A stretch of 27,297 nt of DNA from a virus (lineage: Duplodnaviria > Caudoviricetes). The position numbers and the translations under genes were made by a program. Each line of letters starts with the position of its first letter. Positions within the stretch are counted from its first letter, which is position 1. The stretch is from positions 1 through 27,297 of the IMG/VR virus record IMGVR_UViG_3300042393_000404, one strand, 5' to 3'. Positions 8,860 through 16,786 of the stretch are shown here, one piece after another. The notes under the pieces were generated by a model. It ran no database searches and was not told the origin of the DNA. It worked only from the letters and a program-made list of their open reading frames with translations.

Positions 8860-9019
8860 TTTTAGCTTTGTTTTTAAGAGTAGCAAATATACACATAAAA
8901 TCCATTATGGCTTTACCCATGAATGCGTAGCCGATAATTAAATGACCAAACTCAAAAGCCAACATTGAAATTAAAAATGCCAAGCTAAATATTATTTCCT
9001 CTGCGTGTTCATTTCTCAT
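8828..9019 (-). CDS. Small membrane protein
   Basis: 63 aa, two hydrophobic stretches, ATGA-coupled to the upstream gene. Confidence 0.6.
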   Translation of the reverse strand: MRNEHAEEIIFSLAFLISMLAFEFGHLIIGYAFMGKAIMDFMCIFATLKNKAKNDINKQHPEI

Positions 9020-9654
9020 CCTTCCTCTGTATCGTAAAACATTCTATCCGAATCCTCAGTATGCCACTTGTCAAATCCCTCGCAATTATAATAATCCTTG
9101 TTCACCAGATAGTCAGGCTTCTCAGGAAATGGCTTGGTCACGAAACTAGGCTCTGACCATTTTATCCTATTGTTAGGCTGAAGGGCAATCTGACCGTTGT
9201 CAAGCAAGATGATATGATGACTCTTGTGCTCCATCGGGTCCTCCGCTAATGATAAGTCCGTATTGACATCACTACTCCCCCAATTGATAGTCGCATAGTA
9301 ACTCCCACTGTAAAACTTCTTGTCCTTCATAAAGACCTCCACCTTCATGTCGTACATATACGAAAGATGAAGTAAAGTGAAATTATACGAAAAACAATTC
9401 CATATCTGTAAATAGTGAAATGGCAAATCTACCTCTGGCAACTTAGGCTCTGTCAAAAGAGCGTGACTGGGCAACTTATCTCTCATCACACCATTGTCAA
9501 GTAACACTTGAAACAATGCCGCCTGACCAGGCATACATCTGACCGAAATTATAACACCCTCCGAAAACTCACCGTGACCTTTTTGATTTTGATATAAGTA
9601 CTCATTGCGTACAAAAACTTTTAAAGGAAAAAAATTGTGCTCAATATATGCCAT
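9016..9654 (-). CDS. Phage hypothetical protein
   Basis: 212 aa, first gene of the leftward arm; VRNEYL...GHGEF, WNCFSY, EHKSHH, ALQPNNRI.W. Confidence 0.85.
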   Translation of the reverse strand: MAYIEHNFFPLKVFVRNEYLYQNQKGHGEFSEGVIISVRCMPGQAALFQVLLDNGVMRDKLPSHALLTEPKLPEVDLPFHYLQIWNCFSYNFTLLHLSYMYDMKVEVFMKDKKFYSGSYYATINWGSSDVNTDLSLAEDPMEHKSHHIILLDNGQIALQPNNRIKWSEPSFVTKPFPEKPDYLVNKDYYNCEGFDKWHTEDSDRMFYDTEEG

Positions 9655-9676
9655 TGTCTTATTTTTATATCTCGCA

Positions 9677-9684
9677 CAAATTTA
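9677..9684 (-). promoter_or_regulatory. -7 element (TAAATTTG) for the leftward arm
   Basis: CAAATTTA on + strand, 22 nt upstream of ATG 9654. Confidence 0.55.
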
Positions 9685-9828
9685 CGGTAAACATTTATAC
9701 CTACCGTAATTCTGTCCAACTTTTTTTTGTTAAGTTTTTTCATCTGTCAGTCCGATGTCATGTCAGTCTTTTTATCATACTTTGTCAGTTGTCGTGCCGA
9801 AAGGCAGTTATAATGCCTGAACCCTTGC

Positions 9829-10134
9829 TATGACTGGGTTTGGGGAGGAGACGTGAGGAAAATGTAGCAAAATGACGCAAATAGTGACGCTACAACCCCC
9901 GTCAATGCTCGATTATGTGACTTGTGACGCAAAATGGTCCGTTTTTTTAAAAAAATTTTTTTTTATTATTATTTATAACAAATAACGTTTCTATATATAT
10001 AATATTTTTTTTTTTTTTTTTCAAAAAGATATATTTTCCTCCCCAAGTCACATAAATGAGTCATACCATAAGAATTAGCGTCACTAAACCTCACATATTG
10101 CTACACTAAAAAGTCATTTGCGTCACTAATTTTG
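9829..10134. repeat. Element A: inverted iteron arms around an AT-rich core; origin-like
   Basis: TGACGC at 9873, 9885, 9925; GCGTCA at 10078, 10120; perfect IR TTATGTGACTTG (9913-9924) / CAAGTCACATAA (10044-10055); core contains T17. Confidence 0.75.
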
Positions 10135-10399
10135 CCAAAATCTGTTAAAAAAGGTCTTTTTGAGAAATTATGAATTTAGTCTAAAAAGCGTTTTTTGTAA
10201 AACTCGAAAGTTATTTTTATTCGGTAGATATTCGGATAATTTGGATAACCCCTCCATTTGGCGACCAGCCCGTCCGAAAGAAAGTCGTTTTAAAAAAAGG
10301 CATGGGGGTGCAAAATTCGGACAAAATGGCAGAGATTTTTGGCTTTTTATTGCTATGCGTGCATAACAGTTTGCCGTTTGTCGGTACAAAATTTAGGGC

Positions 10400-10800
10400 T
10401 ATATATACACATTACGCGCGCGCGTGCGGGTGTTAATTTAGTCAAGCGTTTAAACTTTTGCCCGCTTAATAGTTTAACCATTCGATATACATTGATTCAT
10501 TCAGTACTTTAGTTCGCTTGCTTGCTTGCTATTCATTCAGTTCGTTCGTTCAATCAATCAATCAATGTACATTTATTAATTCAATTCGTTTAATTGGATT
10601 CTATTTTTGTAGGTCGTTCGTTCGTTCAATTAAACGCTTGAAATTCATGTCGAAAAACCGAAAACCCTGGTAAATATATTGACTTAATTGTTTGACCTTG
10701 AGAGAGTTGGTTACCCTTCCCCCAAATTTCCCAACAAAAAACCTACCAAACAATAAACCAAAAAACCAATATAACAAACTGAATAACAAACCGTTAACCC
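10400..10800. repeat. Low-complexity non-coding zone
   Basis: ACGCGCGCGCGT (10414-10425); runs of GCTT, TTCG and CAAT (~10508-10630); nearly G-free A/C tract (~10720-10790). Confidence 0.7.
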
Positions 10801-11028
10801 GTCAAAAGTTTGGTTACATAGTTAACCACTAAAAAAAGCTATAAATTTGTTATGCATACATAGTAAAAAACGCTATTAATGCAACTTAATTGCAATAAAA
10901 AACGCTTAAAAAATCTTAAATTTTGCGAAAAATCAAAAAAGTTTAAATTTTTTTTTACTTTGTAATTAATTAACTTTCAATGAATTATAATTTATTTTGT
11001 AAAAAACTTAAAAAAAAATGTAAAAAAG

Positions 11029-11059
11029 TTTGCAGATTAAAAAAGTATATATATCTTTG
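11029..11059 (+). promoter_or_regulatory. Consensus Bacteroidota sigma-A promoter; probable main early promoter
   Basis: TTTG (11029-11032), 19-nt spacer, TATCTTTG (11052-11059); upstream A-tracts. Confidence 0.85.
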
Positions 11060-11113
11060 CTACGTTCAAATAAACAAACGAACATTTTTTTTAACTTATT
11101 AAATTTATTAATT

Positions 11114-11413
11114 ATGAAAGCAAGTAACACAACAACAACAACAACAACAACAAAACAAGTTAGCCGTATTAGCGAAGTATCAAAAAACGCTAAAACTTTG
11201 CAAAGGTCTTTAGGTGCAACAAGAAGTTTTTTATTGGAGTATTCAAAGGAGCTAGAGTTAACTAATTTTGAGATTAAATTTTTGAATGACTCAAAGAAAA
11301 AGCAAGATGTCTATGAGAAATTAAAAACAAATGTGCAATTTGTAAAGGGGACGGAGCGTACCTGTGTATATTGGGTCATGCGTACTTTGGCAAAATTCGA
11401 GAAAGCAAAGTAA
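11114..11413 (+). CDS. First early protein, 99 aa, basic, with Thr8 tract
   Basis: ATG 11114 lies downstream of the promoter (the track start at 11030 is inside the promoter); (ACA)8 at 11129-11152. Confidence 0.8.
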   Translation: MKASNTTTTTTTTKQVSRISEVSKNAKTLQRSLGATRSFLLEYSKELELTNFEIKFLNDSKKKQDVYEKLKTNVQFVKGTERTCVYWVMRTLAKFEKAK

Positions 11414-11419
11414 TTAATT

Positions 11420-11885
11420 CAACCATGTAAACTTTGAACGGTCTACATGGTGCAAAAAATCGGAGTAATAAACGCAAACGAGTGTTTTAATAGTAACCGT
11501 ATTTAGATTCTTAAACGTTGGCAATCTCCTAGAGATGTCATTAAGTGTAGTACTTTCCTATGTTAGGGGGCACCGTACGAATCAAAACTATAAATTTGAC
11601 GTATTGATAATGACTATAAAATGAATCTCCCTTTGAGATTTTTATACAAGTGAGTCAAACTTGGCTAGGTTAACGCATTAAATGGTTTTACTCCTAGGGT
11701 TTATATACATTTCTCAAGTGGTATAAATCAAAACGCACATATTTTTGAAAGGTTAAAATGACGGAATAAATAGAGAGATAGCAGTTTAACGTGGCTATCA
11801 AAAAACTGTGTTCAGGTACACTGAACACTAAAAAAAAATGAACAAATTATAATCCATGTAGTTATTGATTTAGCTACATGGAGCT
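11420..11885 (+). ncRNA. Putative large structured ncRNA
   Basis: No ORF in the track for ~500 nt; at least 8 hairpins, several with G-U pairs, and a long-range GGAGTAA/TTACTCC stem. Confidence 0.6.
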
Positions 11886-11912
11886 AATTATTAATTTATA
11901 AAATCAAAAGTC

Positions 11913-11984
11913 ATGAGTTTATTATTATGTTGGGCATTGGCTGCCCTATTGTGTTATGTTAAATATAAAATATTAATGAGATGA
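11913..11984 (+). CDS. 23-aa hydrophobic micropeptide
   Basis: MSLLLCWALAALLCYVKYKILMR; AAAGTC-ATG start context. Confidence 0.45.
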   Translation: MSLLLCWALAALLCYVKYKILMR

Positions 11985-12085
11985 AGAAAGTAAAAGAAAA
12001 GATACTAGACAATGATTACTTTGTGTTTTTTTGTATAGTAGTTTTGCCTATTATAGTTGGTATAGTTATAATGTTAATTAATTAA
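11981..12085 (+). CDS. 34-aa single-TM micropeptide
   Basis: MKKVKEKILDNDYFVFFCIVVLPIIVGIVIMLIN; ATGA-coupled. Confidence 0.55.
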   Translation: MKKVKEKILDNDYFVFFCIVVLPIIVGIVIMLIN

Positions 12086-12104
12086 TTTATAAAAATCAAA
12101 AGTT

Positions 12105-12386
12105 ATGACAACAGAACAAAAAGTTCAAAAAAAGCTAATTGATAAATTAGATTTATGGTGTGCTAAATTTATGACGGTAGGCACATCGGGCGAAACGCCT
12201 AGATACAGCCAAGTAATTGACAGAGCATTACGTAGCACTGTTGCGGACGTATATTATGACATAGATTTTGAATTAGATGAATTGCTATGGATAGACGAGA
12301 TGACAGACAATGGGGAGCTATGGGGTTGGTGGAAGAAAGTTAGGACGGAACATTTAGTAAAAAATTATAAAACAATAAAGTTATGA
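12105..12386 (+). CDS. Hypothetical protein
   Basis: 93 aa ORF with AAAGTT-ATG start context. Confidence 0.75.
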   Translation: MTTEQKVQKKLIDKLDLWCAKFMTVGTSGETPRYSQVIDRALRSTVADVYYDIDFELDELLWIDEMTDNGELWGWWKKVRTEHLVKNYKTIKL

Positions 12387-12798
12387 ATAATCAAGCAAAT
12401 TTTTTCGAGAATACTATATTAAACAGCATTAATTTTGAAGGGTACAAGGTTAACGATTATGAAATACATCACCCAAAATTAAGAATTGCAAAAATTCACA
12501 AAATTTTTAAACATGAATTTATTCATTTATATAATTGTCGTGAATCAGAATTAAATTTATTTACTGAATGGTTGCAAGGTTTACCTTCAGTTTTAACGGT
12601 ACCGTTTATGAATTATGATATTCTAAACAACGCTAAAGAAGCGGGTTTCATTTTAGATAGCGAAGAAAGCGAAGATAATTTTATATCTAAATATTGGGAA
12701 AGATTATCTGAAGCGTTTTTTTTCAACTTATTTTATAAATATAATAATTTGTAACAACATGAAAGTAAATTTAGTAAAAAATTATAAAACAATAAAGT
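12352..12798 (+). repeat. Perfect 30-bp direct repeat flanking one gene
   Basis: ATTTAGTAAAAAATTATAAAACAATAAAGT at 12352-12381 and 12769-12798. Confidence 0.9.
12383..12754 (+). CDS. Hypothetical protein
   Basis: 123 aa ORF containing EWLQGLPS. Confidence 0.8.
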   Translation: MNNQANFFENTILNSINFEGYKVNDYEIHHPKLRIAKIHKIFKHEFIHLYNCRESELNLFTEWLQGLPSVLTVPFMNYDILNNAKEAGFILDSEESEDNFISKYWERLSEAFFFNLFYKYNNL

Positions 12799-12799
12799 C

Positions 12800-12901
12800 A
12801 TGTTAGTATTTTTAAGTTTTGTGGGATTGAGTGCATTGGCATTCATTATATTGTTATTTATAGGCGACAAGGTCGCAAATTGGTTAACAAAAAACAGTTA
12901 A
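12800..12901 (+). CDS. 33-aa single-TM micropeptide
   Basis: MLVFLSFVGLSALAFIILLFIGDKVANWLTKNS; AAAGTC-ATG. Confidence 0.55.
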   Translation: MLVFLSFVGLSALAFIILLFIGDKVANWLTKNS

Positions 12902-12905
12902 AGTT

Positions 12906-13004
12906 ATGAAGAACAAAACACAGAACTACTACTTAGTAGTATTCGCCTTATTTATGGGCACATTGATTTTAATATTGTCAGCTTGTGGAGTTGACTTAAA
13001 GTAA
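12906..13004 (+). CDS. 32-aa micropeptide with lipobox
   Basis: MKNKTQNYYLVVFALFMGTLILILSA-CGVDLK; AAAGTT-ATG. Confidence 0.55.
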   Translation: MKNKTQNYYLVVFALFMGTLILILSACGVDLK

Positions 13005-13030
13005 AGTAAAGTAAAGTAAAGTAAAGTAAA
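13001..13030 (+). repeat. (GTAAA)6 microsatellite
   Basis: Six exact units ending 18 nt before the amidoligase ATG. Confidence 0.9.
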
Positions 13031-13048
13031 CAATTTAATTTATTAGTT

Positions 13049-14248
13049 ATGAATTACAGTGAAGTAAAAGCGTTGATGGAATATTTCAACAACGACAAAA
13101 AAACAGTTCTACGCTTTATTGATAGCGTTGACAAGGGTCTTATTAATGCGGACCAATACGATAACAGTCTTGATGACGGAAATCATTTCTATGATGAAGA
13201 TGATTATTCGATGCTTCATAATGGAAATGTCGAACATAATGACGACTGTGGTTGGTGCGAAGAATACGAACAGTACTATCCTGCTGACGAGATTCACCCC
13301 GTTCATGTTGGGAGACGTCAAATTCAGTATTGGTGCGAAGATGCTATTCGTTCACGTGGAGTTGATAGATACGAAGATGAGTATTACTACGAATGCTTGG
13401 AAGAATTTGATGTCTATTGGTGTGAAGACCTTGGCGAATATATGCACTGCGATGAAATGTATTATGATGAAGATTCAGGACAATATTATTCTTATCCTAA
13501 AGAGAATGATGAGCAGTATGTAGACGGCTACCACAATGGCTCGTATCAAACAAAGATATGGACAAAGAATCCTAAATATAAAATAGGATTCGAGATTGAG
13601 AAGGAAGACCAAGGCGTGAAAGAGTCTATCAATCTTCAGGACTTCTATTCAGAGACCGATTCAATATGGCGCAAAGAAAGAGACGGCTCGTTAAATGACG
13701 AGGGCGGATTTGAATTGATTAGTCCTACATTCGAGTTCGATGTCAAAAAGATATTTGAATTGATTAGGAGTAATGACGTGTTGGTAAATCATATCAACGC
13801 AAGTACATCGCATAGTTGTGGCGGACATATCAACCTAAGTGAGCGAGGTCTCACTGGCGAGCAGTTGTTCGACAAGGTCAAAGGTTACACGCCATTCTTA
13901 TATGCTCTATACTATGGGCGTGTAAACAAGACTTATTGCAAGGGCAAAAGTAACAATAATTTAAAGAATGAGAATGATAAGTATCAAGCTATCAAGATTC
14001 ATCACGATAGAATCGAGTTCAGAATTATTAGTGCCGTACCTAGTGTTGAGACATTGGAGTGGAGAGCAAAATTAATCAAGAAAATGTTGCAATATCCTAC
14101 GAATGACATCAAGACTGCATACTTCTATGTAGAAACAAAGTTCAAGTCACTTTTAAAACAGACTTATAAGACTGACGAGAGACTTAATGAACTACATGAT
14201 AGATTCGTTAAGTTTTCGTTAGAGTTTGAGAATATTAATCCTAAATAA
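13049..14248 (+). CDS. Amidoligase (COOH-NH2 ligase type 2) with acidic Cys-rich N-terminus
   Basis: IGFEIE, RDGSL, GFELISP, SCGGHINLS, IEFRI motifs; GATase gene nearby. Confidence 0.85.
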   Translation: MNYSEVKALMEYFNNDKKTVLRFIDSVDKGLINADQYDNSLDDGNHFYDEDDYSMLHNGNVEHNDDCGWCEEYEQYYPADEIHPVHVGRRQIQYWCEDAIRSRGVDRYEDEYYYECLEEFDVYWCEDLGEYMHCDEMYYDEDSGQYYSYPKENDEQYVDGYHNGSYQTKIWTKNPKYKIGFEIEKEDQGVKESINLQDFYSETDSIWRKERDGSLNDEGGFELISPTFEFDVKKIFELIRSNDVLVNHINASTSHSCGGHINLSERGLTGEQLFDKVKGYTPFLYALYYGRVNKTYCKGKSNNNLKNENDKYQAIKIHHDRIEFRIISAVPSVETLEWRAKLIKKMLQYPTNDIKTAYFYVETKFKSLLKQTYKTDERLNELHDRFVKFSLEFENINPK

Positions 14249-14294
14249 ATAAATAAATTATGTGTATAGCAATATGTGTATAGCAAATTATTCG

Positions 14295-14302
14295 TATATT
14301 TG
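14295..14302 (+). promoter_or_regulatory. -7 element (TATATTTG) within the endonuclease cassette
   Basis: 12 nt upstream of ATG 14315. Confidence 0.55.
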
Positions 14303-14314
14303 CATAAAAAAAAT

Positions 14315-14908
14315 ATGAATATATACGGATTAGTTTGCCCAATATCAAAACAAATAAGATACATAGGTATGACAAAGTATTCACTTGATAAAAGACTTAA
14401 CCAACATATACAAGAAGGTAAGTCAAAAACATATAAACAGAAATGGATTAAATCTTTATTAAAAAAAGAACTTCGCCCATCCATAGTTTTAGTGAGTAAG
14501 GCAGATGAATCTAATTGGATTGAATTGGAAAGATTCTTTATAAAACTATTCAGGGATAAAGGTTTTAAATTAACTAATATAGCTGACGGAGGAGAAGGAG
14601 GAGGCAGTAAAGGATATAAACATACAGAGGAATGGAAACTAATGGCTTCTAAGAGAATGACTATTAGAATGAAAGAAAATCCTTTTGATGCTAAGTTCTA
14701 CAAAGAATTAAGTGAGCGTAAAAGAAAAAGAATAACAAGAATTGATAACAAAGGAAATGAAACAACTTTTAATTCAGTAGTTGATGCTGCTAGAGAGTTA
14801 ATTCATCTACAAAAAGACAATTCAATAAAAAAAACATCTACAAATATATCTAACTGTCTTAACAATAGAGCAAAGACAGCATGGGGATATGTGTGGAAAT
14901 ATATTTAA
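14315..14908 (+). CDS. Free-standing GIY-YIG homing endonuclease with NUMOD3/NUMOD1-like domains
   Basis: NIYGL...RYIG.T...RL..H, LE..FI, LTN...GGEG, GYKHTEEWK, FNS..DAAR...I..CL....KTAWGYVWKY. Confidence 0.9.
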   Translation: MNIYGLVCPISKQIRYIGMTKYSLDKRLNQHIQEGKSKTYKQKWIKSLLKKELRPSIVLVSKADESNWIELERFFIKLFRDKGFKLTNIADGGEGGGSKGYKHTEEWKLMASKRMTIRMKENPFDAKFYKELSERKRKRITRIDNKGNETTFNSVVDAARELIHLQKDNSIKKTSTNISNCLNNRAKTAWGYVWKYI

Positions 14909-14937
14909 AAATTATTAACAATTAAATTTTATTAAAG

Positions 14938-15756
14938 ATGTGTATTTGTATATTAAATACCAAAAAAGCGGGAGCTTTGACGGCAAGTGAGTTAAAAAAC
15001 AGTTGGGACAACAACAACATGGGAGCAGGCCTTCTATGGGTAGAGAATAATAGGTTAAATGTATTCAAGTCGTATGACTATGGTACATTTACCGATATGT
15101 ATTACGAGATTCGTGAGAGAAACAAGGTAGGCAATATTGTACTGCACTACAGGATTTCAACTAGTGGGTTTAAAGGTGAGCATAACTTGCACCCATTCTT
15201 AGTGAATGACAAGCTAGGATTTGTGCACAATGGTGTTATTAGTGGGCTAGGCAACAAGGACTTCAGCGATACGTATGAGTTCAATGATATGCTTAAGAAA
15301 TTCAAGCATGACTTTCTTAAATGCGAGATGACTAGATATCTTATATCAAAGCATATAGGGTATAGTAAGTTGGTGTTCTTAGATATCAATGACAAGTATA
15401 CTATTATAAATGAGGAAGATGGTCATTGGAAGAATGATAATTGGTATAGCAATACGTCTTACGAATCGTATAACGATTATGTGTGGGCAGGCAATACTAA
15501 AGTTTATAAGAATAAGAACAAGGACAAGACTCAGTACAAAGAGTCAGTGCCATATACTTATGAGAATATAGGTGACGATAAATTCGATGAGTACGATGTT
15601 TATTTAGACTTGTGTGATATGTATGCAATGGATGCTGAGGAAGACGAGACGTTTCTATTCATTGAGGAGCAAATGTTTATCAATGGTTGCGAAACATTAG
15701 GCGACCTTTGGGACTTGTTCTATAATTATAATCCTCACACTCACGATATGTTTTAA
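14938..15756 (+). CDS. Class II (Ntn) glutamine amidotransferase
   Basis: N-terminal MC, N..GAG, HYRISTSG, HPF, HNGVI, SDT. Confidence 0.88.
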   Translation: MCICILNTKKAGALTASELKNSWDNNNMGAGLLWVENNRLNVFKSYDYGTFTDMYYEIRERNKVGNIVLHYRISTSGFKGEHNLHPFLVNDKLGFVHNGVISGLGNKDFSDTYEFNDMLKKFKHDFLKCEMTRYLISKHIGYSKLVFLDINDKYTIINEEDGHWKNDNWYSNTSYESYNDYVWAGNTKVYKNKNKDKTQYKESVPYTYENIGDDKFDEYDVYLDLCDMYAMDAEEDETFLFIEEQMFINGCETLGDLWDLFYNYNPHTHDMF

Positions 15757-15762
15757 TCAATC

Positions 15763-15790
15763 GGGCGGTATAAAATCCGCCCTTAAATTT
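15763..15790 (+). terminator. GC hairpin, possible terminator or processing site
   Basis: GGGCGG-tataaaat-CCGCCC with a weak U-tail. Confidence 0.45.
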
Positions 15791-15797
15791 TAAAGTT

Positions 15798-15989
15798 ATG
15801 AAGAAAGTAGTTTTATGTTTAATATTTGCTATGTTTGCAAATATTTTAGTCGCTGAAGTAACAATCAAACCGCCAAAAAGACATCAAGGGTTTGATTATA
15901 GTAAGCATTATAAAAAGAGTAAAAGGATAGCGTTTTTTAACCGTACATTAAATTTGAACGGTTGTTATGGACATTATAAAAAAAGATAA
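15798..15989 (+). CDS. Small basic protein with signal peptide
   Basis: MKK plus hydrophobic core. Confidence 0.65.
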   Translation: MKKVVLCLIFAMFANILVAEVTIKPPKRHQGFDYSKHYKKSKRIAFFNRTLNLNGCYGHYKKR

Positions 15990-16007
15990 TTATTAATTTT
16001 TAAAGTT

Positions 16008-16364
16008 ATGAACAAAGAAACAAAGCAATTAATTTTAAAAGACTTCAACAACCGTTTTTATATGGAGTTGGAAAGCTATGAAGATATTGAGATATTTTTA
16101 GGCGATGAAGCGAGTGAGAATATTCTACCAATCGAGCGAAAGTCATTTTTTGACTATTGGGCGGACGAAATGGGTATAAGTATAGAGGACAGAATAATCA
16201 GCGCAATGAAAGATTTTTGCAAGAAAGATTTTATGAATCGCCCAGAATTTGAGCCAGATTTAGAATATACTTTGGCGGATGCGTTGACGTTATTCATATC
16301 GGACGCTATGCCAGACGAGGACGGAGCGAGTATATACGATTTTATAAATAGTAAATTAAGATGA
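16008..16364 (+). CDS. Acidic hypothetical protein
   Basis: 118 aa ORF, AAAGTT-ATG. Confidence 0.75.
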   Translation: MNKETKQLILKDFNNRFYMELESYEDIEIFLGDEASENILPIERKSFFDYWADEMGISIEDRIISAMKDFCKKDFMNRPEFEPDLEYTLADALTLFISDAMPDEDGASIYDFINSKLR

Positions 16365-16579
16365 AGACAAATAGAGAGATAGTAGAAAATCAAATTAAGC
16401 TACAAGAAGAAATTCAAAGCGCAGGATTTAATGTAGTCGAATGTGGTAATTGTGGAGTAGTACTGTTGCACAGGACGGGTGAAAATTTTATCGAATGTTT
16501 TTGTCAACATGAAATGGATTTATCAGATTGTCCAGATTTATACTACCAAAATCAAGAAAATAATGCAGAATTTAATTAA
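16361..16579 (+). CDS. Small zinc-ribbon-like protein
   Basis: CGNC...CFC...C. Confidence 0.7.
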   Translation: MKTNREIVENQIKLQEEIQSAGFNVVECGNCGVVLLHRTGENFIECFCQHEMDLSDCPDLYYQNQENNAEFN

Positions 16580-16586
16580 ATTAAAC

Positions 16587-16781
16587 ATGGAAATTAGAAT
16601 AAATTTATTAGAAGCTGCTTCAGAATTAGCACACGAAATTGTATGTGCAAAATTTGAAGATGATGACAACTTAATTCACATGGAAGATTCAGATGGTATA
16701 TACTACACCGAAGAAGCGCAAGAAATGTTTGACGAATGGTACGACCATTATTACAACTTATTATTAATTATTAAATTATAA
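16587..16781 (+). CDS. Small acidic protein
   Basis: Start reassigned to MEIRINLLE at 16587; YTEEAQE.FDEWYDHYY. Confidence 0.7.
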   Translation: MEIRINLLEAASELAHEIVCAKFEDDDNLIHMEDSDGIYYTEEAQEMFDEWYDHYYNLLLIIKL

Positions 16782-16786
16782 AACAG

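Noticed and set aside
9829-10134. CRISPR array or IS terminal repeats
   Set aside because: Repeats are short and inverted with no repeat-spacer periodicity; no cas, transposase or recombinase gene in the window
9648-10789. ORFs 9648, 10160, 10168 and 10601
   Set aside because: Lie in regulatory or low-complexity DNA, mostly with non-ATG starts and no protein-like features
13119-13523. Met-rich 134-aa alternate-frame ORF
   Set aside because: Shifted-frame by-product of GAT/GAA-rich acidic codons in the amidoligase
14260-14952. Group I intron around the GIY-YIG ORF
   Set aside because: Only about 30-55 nt of AT-rich flank on each side, no P/Q/R/S core seen, and the GATase has its own complete start
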